From assembly GCA_048013815.1 (NCBI GenBank), contig CM106586.1, positions 3,472,001 to 3,536,000 of the forward strand: DNA of 64,000 nucleotides, written 5' to 3'. Source of the DNA: Setoptus koraiensis. Lineage: Eukaryota > Animalia > Arthropoda. Each line of letters starts with the position of its first letter. Position 1 is the stretch's first letter. A program made the translations under genes and the position numbers. Of this stretch, positions 26,941-37,527 are shown piece by piece. The notes below the pieces were generated by a model. The model was not told the origin of the DNA. It saw only the letters and a program-made list of their open reading frames with translations, and ran no database searches.

Positions 26941-28295
26941 TATCGTGACAATTTGACGATAAACGAATGACGACGAACTGACCTGGCGAACGTCACAAAA
27001 TTGAATGCGCTCTCCCGATCGCCGGCCAACATTCAGCTACCAACGGCTCAGTGAGTTCTTTTTCTTCCCCCTGCTCGGCCAATCTTGACACACTACATAC
27101 CTTGCCAAACTACACACTTTGCAGTGCTACACACTGCATTGCTCGCCAAGACGATCTCTGCCTACCCCCTGCCTCATCGTCTGTATCTCTGCACATCGGC
27201 CAGCGTCTAGCCCCGCCTTGCCGCTGGCTTGATGCTGGCCGGTCAATCTAACGGTGCAAAGAATAACCAACCAAAGAATACACGAGAACAAGCAACTGAC
27301 ACAAACAACTTCTCTTCGCGCCTCCATCACTCCGCTTCACCTGTCCGGCGCGCGACGATGCCGAGCGCCATCTAGAGGAGCGCAATGCTGACACTGATGG
27401 CGCACATACGCACACGTTCTGTTGTGTCATGTCAAGTTCACAGTGTGTGTGCTGTGTGCGTCGCACAGCTCCATCACAAAGATCGATCATATGATTGCTT
27501 TTCTTTTTGCATTAATACTGTTGTTGTTGTTGTTGTTTATCGCAAAAAAAAACTCTCATGATGACTCATAGCAAAACAAATATCCACCTATCCATTGCTA
27601 TTCACCTGTAATATTGTCGCCCCAACACTCGGGCTCGTCAGTAACACACAAACGCATCACCATACAATAGATAATAGATCGCGCCCGACAATCAGTCATT
27701 AGCATTCATCCCAGTGACCGTCTTATAAACAATTCACTGTAGACAGGACAATATCATTATCACTTATCCACCTAGAGCAGCCACTTACATAAATTATGTA
27801 ACATAATACTGTATATGCGGATATCCACACAACATCACGGACTCATCACGAGGAATTGCGCGATTGCATTAACACCAGACACTAGTAACAGCAAGCGGCC
27901 CGACTGTTATTATTATTATTAGTTGCATCATAGATTTACTGTGAGCGATAAAACGAAACAATCTGATAATTATTAATATTCGCCATTAATTAGCAAGACA
28001 CACACACACACACACACACACACAGATTCGATAGATCGATATTAGGCAGCGTTGGCTTTGGCTTAAACTGGATTACGCTGTTATCGCTAGTCATTGTAAC
28101 AAACACCATTGTATCACGTAGCCACCGCCGTATCGATTTTTTACTGACTAACTAGCCCAAATAGTATTCATTCGTCGTCACCATTCGACATTCGATAGAT
28201 AGACTAGGCAATACACACACACAAAATAATTATTATTATTATTAATATTATCATCATTAATCTCATTACTATAATTACTACCATTATTAACCAAT

Positions 28296-30530
28296 ATGGC
28301 CGCCAACAACAACAGGCAACGCGGCAACATTTATTTCGACCAACGATCAATCAAATGTAAGGCTGGATGCGGATTTTATGGTAATCCACAATGGCAAGGA
28401 CACTGTTCCATGTGCTTCAAACAATTGCGTCAGCAATTTGAGCAAGCCCCCGCAAACAATCAACCATTGCAACAGCAAAGCTACCAAGTGAAATTAGATG
28501 ACAATCAATACTTTTCAACATCAACTCAATCTAGTCATTCAATACCACACACGCCGCAGCAACACAATCAGCAGCAACAAATTTGGTCGCCCGACCAACA
28601 TCGCCACCATAGTAATTTGAAAAGCAACCATGATTCACAACAACAAACTATGGCATCATTACAGCAACACTATTCTATTAACAACCCAACAGAGACTGAT
28701 ACAACAATAATTCCTCCCACAGCCAACCTCATCGATCTTGGGGACACCGAAACAAATAGTCAGTCCAACATGATAACTTCATACGGAGAACCAAATCAAT
28801 CCAACAGTGATAATGGTTGTGACAGGCAACTTATAAGACCCAGCGAGATCTCGCCGCCGCCGTCGTCATCGTCCTCATCATTGGCCACTAATAACGCTCA
28901 TGAACAACGAGGCAACAAATTGAGTTCGCTCGTTGAAGAAGAGCAAAGAATCCTCCAAAAACAGCAATTATTGCTCGAACAACAAATTAGAAATATGCTT
29001 ATAAAGTCGCCCGGCGATAACGATGTCCACCAAAACCTTAGAACTGGCGGTGATTCAGTTCAATATTCACCAAAATCACAAGATATAGTGACTTTCGATA
29101 AATATGAGGAAAAAAGACGCAGCCAACACAGCACCAAGCGCTCTAATGTTTTGAAACTATTAAAACGAACCTCCACCTTCAAAGAAAGACACTCCACTGG
29201 CAATTCGACGTCTACGCCATCTAGAAGTATTGACTCCTCTAAACAACCGGGAAGTAGCGGCCACACGGGTAAATTGAACTCCAGCCTGTACTCTCTCAAT
29301 CCAACCTCATTTGTTATGTCTGGTTACGATACACTATCCAATTTGCCCTCGGTGATTCTCAACTCGGCCAAATCTTCCTTGAATACAGTAATATCTAGTC
29401 CGTCGCCAGATAGTGCCAGTTTGTATAGTGCGAGCCGTTCAGAAAATATGCCCCACAATAGTCATGATAATTTCCTTTATGAAGTGGCTTGGTCGGATTG
29501 TCTCAGACAAACACAAAAATTTGCTAAAGATCTGCTACACTCTGAGCGAAACAAATCAATAATAGAGCTTTCCGACATGATTCATGATTTTTACAAGATG
29601 ATGACAGGTAGATTTGAAAAACAGATAGTCTATAGAGGGGCCACTGTTGATCAATTGGATTTGATCACCGATAATATGGAGAGAGTATTGAATGAAAAAA
29701 TCTATCAGAAGATATCGACTCGTATAATTAATGACGACGAAGAAAACATTATGGCTATGCAAAAGAGAATTCGTAGCTTGAATTGGATAACAGTGGAAAA
29801 TTTGGAAATAGATATAGAGTTCGATCATCCGGTTGTTCATGATTTATTGGATCGGGCCATCAGTCAGCTAATAGAAATTAATTCTAGGACATCTACAATA
29901 GATAAGTTAGATTGTGTCGTTCAGTGCAGTAAGACAATATTTGAGCTATTGCAAGTGAATCGAAGTGACCCAGTTAGCGCTGATCAATTTCTACCAGCAT
30001 TGGTATTTGTTGTTATTCAGGCTAACCCGCCGATGCTAAAAGCTGATATAAAATACATAACAAATTTCTCTAATCCGCGACGTTTATTGAGTGGGGAGGC
30101 CGGATATTACTTTACCAATTTATGTTGCGCAACTCAGTTTGTGGAAACTGTTGACGGACAAAGACTGAACATTAGCGAGGAAGATTTTCAGCGTTATGTC
30201 AGAGGTGAGGCCCAACCAAAGACTACCAACAATTTAACTACCTATTTATGTGATGCATTAAGAATAACTTGCGCCAATCAGGCAGCACTCACGAAGTGTA
30301 TTCAACGTAGTGATCAAAGGAATGTATTAATGGATTCGCTCGATAAACAAATGGATTCACACAGTCTAGAAAGTCAAACAAAACTGGATAATGTTAACAA
30401 GCTACTGCCTGACATCCTTAGCTCTTGCACGCCGAAGATAAATTCAGGCCTACCCAACGATGAAGCAATACTAAACCACTTGCCATCCTATCATAAAGAG
30501 TTATTCAAGAGGAGTGGTGTCAATCAATGA
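28296..30530 (+). CDS. RABGEF1: Rab5 GDP/GTP exchange factor Rabex-5 (A20 zinc finger + helical bundle + VPS9 domain), single exon, 744 aa
   Basis: N-terminal A20 ZnF CKAGCGFYGNPQWQGHCSMCF; the TFDKYEEKRR...VLKLLK segment resembles the Rabex-5 TFSKFEEKK...VKKFF segment; VPS9 core SADQFLPALVFVVIQANPP...SGEAGYYFTNLCCA; uninterrupted 2235-nt ORF. Confidence 0.95.
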   Translation: MAANNNRQRGNIYFDQRSIKCKAGCGFYGNPQWQGHCSMCFKQLRQQFEQAPANNQPLQQQSYQVKLDDNQYFSTSTQSSHSIPHTPQQHNQQQQIWSPDQHRHHSNLKSNHDSQQQTMASLQQHYSINNPTETDTTIIPPTANLIDLGDTETNSQSNMITSYGEPNQSNSDNGCDRQLIRPSEISPPPSSSSSSLATNNAHEQRGNKLSSLVEEEQRILQKQQLLLEQQIRNMLIKSPGDNDVHQNLRTGGDSVQYSPKSQDIVTFDKYEEKRRSQHSTKRSNVLKLLKRTSTFKERHSTGNSTSTPSRSIDSSKQPGSSGHTGKLNSSLYSLNPTSFVMSGYDTLSNLPSVILNSAKSSLNTVISSPSPDSASLYSASRSENMPHNSHDNFLYEVAWSDCLRQTQKFAKDLLHSERNKSIIELSDMIHDFYKMMTGRFEKQIVYRGATVDQLDLITDNMERVLNEKIYQKISTRIINDDEENIMAMQKRIRSLNWITVENLEIDIEFDHPVVHDLLDRAISQLIEINSRTSTIDKLDCVVQCSKTIFELLQVNRSDPVSADQFLPALVFVVIQANPPMLKADIKYITNFSNPRRLLSGEAGYYFTNLCCATQFVETVDGQRLNISEEDFQRYVRGEAQPKTTNNLTTYLCDALRITCANQAALTKCIQRSDQRNVLMDSLDKQMDSHSLESQTKLDNVNKLLPDILSSCTPKINSGLPNDEAILNHLPSYHKELFKRSGVNQ

Positions 30531-31423
30531 GTGTTCTTAATCAAACAATGTAATTAGCAATAAAGATATTCTGTATCTCTTCAATTTAAGCATGCTCACT
30601 TGGCATGAAAGTGCTCATCATCATGGCAACTGATGTGATTTGATCTGAAACGAGGAAAGTAGTCCATTTTTTGACACCTTCTTGATTTTGGTTTGTTGTT
30701 TGTCTAGTTGAGTCAACTGAGATTGTTGTTAAACGCTACTTAGGAACATCGCATCATGTGACTACCAGTCTCTATACTATTAACATCTATGCTACTCAAT
30801 ATGACGTTACACTAATGAGATTGCAAAAGAAGATATACTCAGTTACAAGTAAAGTCCACAAAGTGATAAACAAACGGATGAAATTAGTTTAGTTCAGTCA
30901 ATTGTGTGAACACTACTGTAATATACACACACAATTAGTGCTTAGATTATTTGATTGTTGACTCTTTTTGGTAATTTGATCGTGATTGTCATTGTAGTAA
31001 ACACTTCGCCAGTCTAATCCTGGTGTATCTAGTGAATCATATACATGGTTCACATGTATACACGTTCACATATAGGCACATCTTTTGTTACATGATAATT
31101 TAAGAAATCCTCCTCCTACAATTAAGTTCGCAATTAAAGTTGGCTGGACAAAATTGATGGGTGTTTTTCGTCGTGTCGCGCCTATCGTTGTCGTTAATCT
31201 CTGTTAATTGCCTAAAATAACATCTAAGAATCTACATCTACTTGACCAACCGACTAATATTCGTTAATGTCAAACAACCTGAAGAACGCAACTCCACCAT
31301 TTATACATTGACCTCTTTCTTTGAACATTATTTTAGCGCAAATGGTAAATAATTTACAAGTTTTGGCGGTTGTAATATATTAAAAATCAAACATATCGAC
31401 TAGGCATATATCACCTAAACATA

Positions 31424-32236
31424 ATGACGACATCCGCAACAATTTACTCCAGGTTTTGTTTATATATATTGATGGATCTGTCAATAATGTGCACTCTTTA
31501 TCTGCGTCCCATAGAACTTACAAACAGTGACACCAGTATCAGAACTAAATCATTGGCATTCGCCATATCGGACGATGGGATCAGCATGAAGTGTGCTGAC
31601 AAGAGGAAGGCAAATGTAAGTTCGTTTAGACTGGAACAAAAATGTTACGAATATACTTCCCCTGAGGATCAAGAGGAAACTACATGCGCCCTTCCAGATT
31701 GTAGTGATTTGAAAGAAATCGCTGAGCCGGAAATTAAAAAAAGGAAGGTTATAACATCTTCAGGGGAATCAGAGTGCTTCTCAAGAGATGTTGGCTTCCA
31801 GAATCTGGCAATACTGGTTATGGAAAAGTGTCATAATAGACAGGAATGTACATTAGATGGCGAAGATTTAAAGAGTATCAATGAATCAACTTGCTCATTT
31901 TACAAAGATGACAAAATCAAAATCAACTATACTTGCAGTGACCACAAGTCTGATTATTCAGATAATTGGACAATACAACTGCAAGAAGATGGTGCTGGCA
32001 TGACTATATTAACGGCGTTTGCCAAAGGATCAGCTAAAAACAATACATCGCTACATGGAGTGATGGTCAACGAAACAGTGGAGAGTGTGACAATGTGGCG
32101 CTTCAATAGATGGACGGCTAGCGGAGCCTGTTCCCTCACTGGCTTGTGGGGCCTCAATCAGTCCTATATGCATTACTATTGTTTTTTGTTTGGCTGTTTG
32201 TTTGTAATTTATGCACAATTTAAATGTACATTGTGA
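31424..32236 (+). CDS. 270-aa putative secreted/membrane-anchored Cys-rich protein with a divergent SUEL (Gal/rhamnose-binding lectin)-like domain
   Basis: Intronless ORF in an AT-richer island, with hydrophobic N- and C-termini (YYCFLFGCLFVIY). The Cys pattern C...LAILVMEKCHNRQECTL...TCSFYKDDKIKINYTC parallels the SUEL C..(V..)C.G+.SC.I...C....YL.V.Y.C pattern. The CDS call is firmer than the domain call. Confidence 0.65.
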   Translation: MTTSATIYSRFCLYILMDLSIMCTLYLRPIELTNSDTSIRTKSLAFAISDDGISMKCADKRKANVSSFRLEQKCYEYTSPEDQEETTCALPDCSDLKEIAEPEIKKRKVITSSGESECFSRDVGFQNLAILVMEKCHNRQECTLDGEDLKSINESTCSFYKDDKIKINYTCSDHKSDYSDNWTIQLQEDGAGMTILTAFAKGSAKNNTSLHGVMVNETVESVTMWRFNRWTASGACSLTGLWGLNQSYMHYYCFLFGCLFVIYAQFKCTL

Positions 32237-32243
32237 CAAAATA

Positions 32244-32498
32244 TCAGGATTTTTTACCGGCTACCCATTGATTGATGGCGCCTTTGCATGAGTTTATACA
32301 ACATTTAGAACTACAAAATATATTTCTCCATTTTACTGGATCTGCCTTGTTATCACATCCCTCATTTAGGCAGGTGCATGGTTCCTCTTCGCTGGTGGAA
32401 GCATTTCCTTCTGCAGCAACACTTTCTTCGTTTTCGGCTGTCTTTGCTTGCTGTAGTTCCTGTTCTGCCTGAGGTGGGTCCCCCTCCTTGCTTGTCAT
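32244..32498 (-). CDS. 84-aa protein: acidic N-terminus plus a TOX4 C-terminal-like Cys/Trp module; no HMG box in the ORF
   Basis: CLNEGCDNKADPVKWRNIFCSSKCCINSCKGAINQWVAGKK aligns in Cys/Trp spacing with the recalled TOX4 C-terminus [41 protein letters not shown]. There is an in-frame TAG at ~32566 upstream, so an upstream exon is possible but was not found. Confidence 0.65.
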   Translation of the reverse strand: MTSKEGDPPQAEQELQQAKTAENEESVAAEGNASTSEEEPCTCLNEGCDNKADPVKWRNIFCSSKCCINSCKGAINQWVAGKKS

Positions 32499-35400
32499 CG
32501 AGCTTCTTTGAGTGCCTCCCTCCAGTTCAAATATTCCAAAAAGTTGTGTTACATTTAGTGTTGGCTAGGCGGGCAGTGGATAAAATAATCGACGATGATA
32601 TGTGTCTGTCAGGTGACTAAATTGAGATAAAATGTGAGAGTCGTAACGACTTTTTTGAAACATATACCGCAAACGAGGAACAGATAGTCGCTATTTATGT
32701 TCCACAGCAAACGTGGTTTTGTTTATGGTTCTCGAGCGCGAAATTCAAGAATCGTGAATATCATACTGAGAATATTCAATATCTGCGGCATTCACTATCT
32801 ATCGAAATCTTGTGAGAGATATTCACGAATTAAAGAAAATTTATATTCGGGCATTATAAATTGTATCCAGCCAGTTATATATTTTGGGAGATTTTTCATT
32901 CCAAATGACCATCACATTCGTGCATGGCCATGATCCGAAGACTCGGTGATAGAGTACGCTGAAACACGCTGGATGCATCGCCGGATCGGGCGGAAATTTT
33001 TCGCTTTTGGTCGGCGACCTTCAGCAGCAACTTGCTAGAGGCACAAACTCATCCCAGCTTTCTCAACCGACACCAGATATTAGTTTGGCTAAGTATGCGG
33101 GGTGATAGGCGAGTCTATTGAATTCAATCCATCCAGTATAATGAACAGGCAACTGTGACGAGCGAGTTGCTGTGGCAGTTGTAAACGTTTAAAAAGTTTT
33201 ACTGTCAATTTGACAGACTCGCGACGCGAATTAGTGTGTCGCTGGTCGTCATCGTAGCCCCAATGAGTGAGTAGTTTTTATTGTAAACAAGCACTTAATT
33301 AGCATTCGGAGCGATAGTTTCGCTCACTGGTCGCCAAACAAAATAACATACACGATGATCCAGTTGTTAATTACAGTGTTTTCATGAATGGGCAGCTTCT
33401 TTTTCTGTCACTGTTGCGGCCCGATTGACGAGCACCTTAAATTATCATATATTTGATCGATAGCATCTGCCAATGAAAACCACTACCACTGGCCCTATTG
33501 TAGGCTCATGTTTGTTCCATGCCGATTGGACAAGCTTCAAGTGTGTGAGACACGGCACTATTGGAGAATATCGTAAAATTATGAGGCAATTAAGCTAAAT
33601 AAGATTAATCAAGGTCACCCGGCTAATTCATTAAACAATGTGTAGATAGAGGCAAACGAGTCGCTGCGATTAGCTGTAGTTTGGCGCTATCGTTAGTCGT
33701 TTCCTCTATTGCAACGTATGGAAGAGCGTATAATAATCTGTCTATAAATAGTAATTAGCTAAACTCGTTGTCCAATGTCCAACGAGTCTATCACTTGTGT
33801 AAACGTGCCAGAAATGTTGTGCTCGTTGTTGTCGTTGTTGTTGTTGATATATCATTGCGAATGTAGATCATACCTGAGCGGCAGTTTTCGCTTATTATTA
33901 TTCGATTGTTGTTCGAGAAATTGACGATTATTGATGGCAGCCTGTGGGTTGCGTGGGTGGCTATCATTTCCATTGCCACTGTCCTCAGCTACTGGGCTGC
34001 TGGCAGTGTCAGTGCTGGCAATTGCTGCCAGTAGTTGGCTCATTAACACAATATACACACATACACATATGGCGTATTGTTTATATGTATTGTTAAGTAA
34101 ATATTGTGTCAGTGTTTAGTCAACAGTGTGTAAGTGTGTGTGTGTGTATCGGATCAGAAACTCGTCCCCTGCGGGATGGACAATCGCCCACTCAATTGTT
34201 GGCGAAGGTAAGAAGGGTAAATTACAACAATCAAGACTCATACAGTTTACACACACACACACACTGCGCAAACGTCACTATTGAAGGACGACGATTATGT
34301 AATAATCGAACACTTGCACAAACGAAAGAAATTGTAACAAACAGATAGAGCGAGAGAACATTGAAAAATGTAATTGAACAAAGATTACTCGCTCGCTCTG
34401 TCTCTGTTTTATGATTGCGCGTAGATCAGCAGCCATCATTAATAACTGTTGGCCACTTGTTACGTAATATTGATCCGTTAGTGCTACGACAGCAACAGCA
34501 ACAACAACAGCAACAGCAACAGCAACAGCAAGGGCTTGATGATTTGGATTAGACCAAATAGACCAAATAGATCGAGCGGATTAAGTGGATCAAGTGGACT
34601 GGGCAGCGGACCGCTTGTGAGCAGGTAGCCGAGTTGGCCAAATTCAAATTCATTGTTCGACAGCAACAGTTTGTTGTTGTTGTTTGATTAGTGACGACAC
34701 GCCAATCTTCTTTGTGTTACTACTGCTCATACTAATTACATTAATGATACTCGCATAACTCGCTCTTGCCATCATTATTGTTATTGTTGTTATTATTACT
34801 ACTACATGTAGTGTGTATTATGTTGATTTTGTTGCAACTTGACAGCACTGTGATGATGATGACGATTCGCCATCCAATGGCCAACAGCCTGTGCGCGCTA
34901 TTGCGTGAACACACGGACAGATACAGAAACAATTAGTGTTTGTGTCAGGTCAGAAAATTATTATTATTATTATTATTTTTACTTTTACACAAAACTGACC
35001 TCTATAAACTGATCAGCGAACAACGGTATAAAATGTCACACTTTCTTGCTGTCTGGCTGGCATGGATTAAATTCAAATTCAGCCCGTGCCCTGACTGAGT
35101 TTTTGCAAGTTGCGAGCTATAAGTTGCATAAGTTTTAAGTTATATAAGAGTCTATCTATTTCATGCGCGTCACACTTGCAACAACTGTCTCTGATAAAGA
35201 TAATTATCTTGTTAACGGGCCACTGGCCAATTACAGTTGCTCGCATTGTAGTGACGGCAAACAGCATTGAGCTGCGAGCTGCGAGCTGCCAGCAGCCAGC
35301 CGATAGAGGAGACAAGCCAGATTGGACGGGCACGGATTGAATTAACGGCAACCACTATAACCATAACTGGCTAACCATTGGCGCCGCTCGTCGCTCGCCA

Positions 35401-37469
35401 CTCGCCACTCGCCGGTTAGCCAGTCGATGGTCACAGCGATAGTCGGATAGGACCTGTTGCGGCCGGTTGTTGGTCAGCTGGCGATCAGACAAGTGGGCAT
35501 GGCAATCAAAAAACAATCAAACTTGATTGGTTTGTATTCACGATGGCCAGCTCATTATCTTTGGGTCTCGCTGGCTCGCCGGCTCTGGCTCGGGCTCGGG
35601 CCAGATTGGATAAACTATTGCATGGCGGCACTTACGTGCACACACTCTTTTAATGGTAGTTACATAGTTTTCAACACTGGCACTGGTCATCTTGACCACT
35701 GAGTGTCGACAAGTTCTCTCAGTCGGTGTCGTCTCATCGGTCTGGTCTCATCGAGTCTCGCTGTCGCTCTCCCTCTGCCGTTTATTAGCCTGTTGTAGCA
35801 GTTGCAACAAGCGCAACAACAGCGTGGCCTATGCGTGTGTCCATTGCGCTGACTCGTCGTGGCCGTGGTGGTCGTTGTGTCGGCAGTTGTCGTCGTCGTG
35901 GTCACTCGCCGGACGGGCAACTTGATAGATGAGGATAATTATGCCCGCTCTAACTGGACCTGTCTTGGCTCGCTCTCGCTCTCGCCTGGCCAAGTTGTTC
36001 AAGTTGCTCGCAGGGGATGGTGAGAGCAAGAGAGAGAGAGAGCGTAATCACTGCGCGATGATTAGACAAAGAGGAGCCACTCAATTGAATAATGCGCGTG
36101 TTGCACCACACATTACGTAACCGGATAACTAATAGCGCCGCTACACCTGGCGGCCGTAGGTGAGCTGGCCGACGAGCGGTCGGCCCGACCATACGGTACA
36201 CATACGCACCTTATACCGTATCACGGTACGTACAAGGTGCGGGCCACTTGAAGCGAGGTACGCTGAGGGGTATGCTGACATTGTGAGAGGCATTTATTGT
36301 CGCAATATTATACTTGTGAGCCAGCGCGCTAGAATAACTGACAATATACGCCACTGACGGCCAGCGCAAATGACCGAACGTCGTGCCCAACGTCGCGCCG
36401 AAGCACAACGCCAACACTAACAAGTGAGTCGGGCCAGTGTGTCCGGACTGGAGTGACCGTGATCTTACATGACAGTTACTCTGGCTGTTCATGTTTGCTC
36501 TAAACAGAAACTTGTTGCCGCTGTTGTTGTCATCATTTTGACCATTATGATGGTGATGTAAGATCGGGTTTCGCTCGCTTGTCGGCCGTTGTTGTCGGCC
36601 GCTGTTGTTGTTGTTGTTGCTGTCGGTCGTTGCTGGCCTAGCAAGCGTGTACAATTGTAAGAGCGTTATAGAGAGCGTTTATGGTGAAAGTGGCGCTGGT
36701 TAAAAGTTAAATCTTTGAGAGGACAAGTTGCCAACACTTACACGGTTATGTTACGCAACAGCAACAATCGCAGCTAGCCAACAGCGAGCTGCTGTTGTTG
36801 TTGTTGCTCTAGCGGCTGACTGAGCAACCGAATGTAAATGTTTCTCGATCACTGGCCACCATTGGCAGCCGTAGTGAGTATTGGCAGCAATAGTGGAGTC
36901 AAGTGTGTGTGTGTGTGTGTGTGTGCGTGTGTGTGCACTTGTTACCGCTGGCGAGCTCGCTAGCCGTTATTGATTACACAATAATTATTGGCTTTTTGCC
37001 GGCTGGCTGCACAGTGTGCTGGCAACAGAGTGTGTGTTGCGAGTGAAACTTTAGTTTGAGTTTATGTTTAGTATTGCGAGTGTCAGCTCAACTTGTTGTT
37101 GGCCAGACAGCAACAACAACAACGACAACAACGACAACAGCAACAGCAGACACTCTCGCTCGCAAGTCGGCCATGTTTGTCCGGCCATGTGTTAGTTAGC
37201 CAGTGACAACAACGACAGCAACAGCAACACCGACACCAACAGCGACAACAACAACAACTATCACACGTATGGTTGCGTTATAGTCATTATGTTATAGTTG
37301 GTTATATAGTTGCCATCTAGCGCCGCCAGCCAGCAGCCCGAGAGGCCAGCCAGCGAGTTATTAATTGCTCATCAACAGAGTCAAAATTAGCCACTTGTTT
37401 GTTTGCATACAAGTGGCTCATTGTTGATCCTTGTCACGCGCTCCACCGCCACCAATAGCTGCTACCAAA

Positions 37470-37527
37470 GTATTCACTATAGATAGTATTCAAGTGCATC
37501 ACCTTGACTACTATCTATAGCGATTAT
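37470..37527. ncRNA. Candidate pre-miRNA-like hairpin (unvalidated)
   Basis: CTATAGATAGTA-T-TCAAG pairs with CTTGA-C-TACTATCTATAG around an 8-nt loop, and the stem extends imperfectly to about 25 bp. It matches no miRNA I recognise. Confidence 0.35.

Noticed and set aside
26640-26956. Poly-Leu and poly-Val ORFs (and similar ones at 3342-3570, 20276, 23060 and 52534)
   Set aside because: Alternative readings of TTG/GTT trinucleotide microsatellites.
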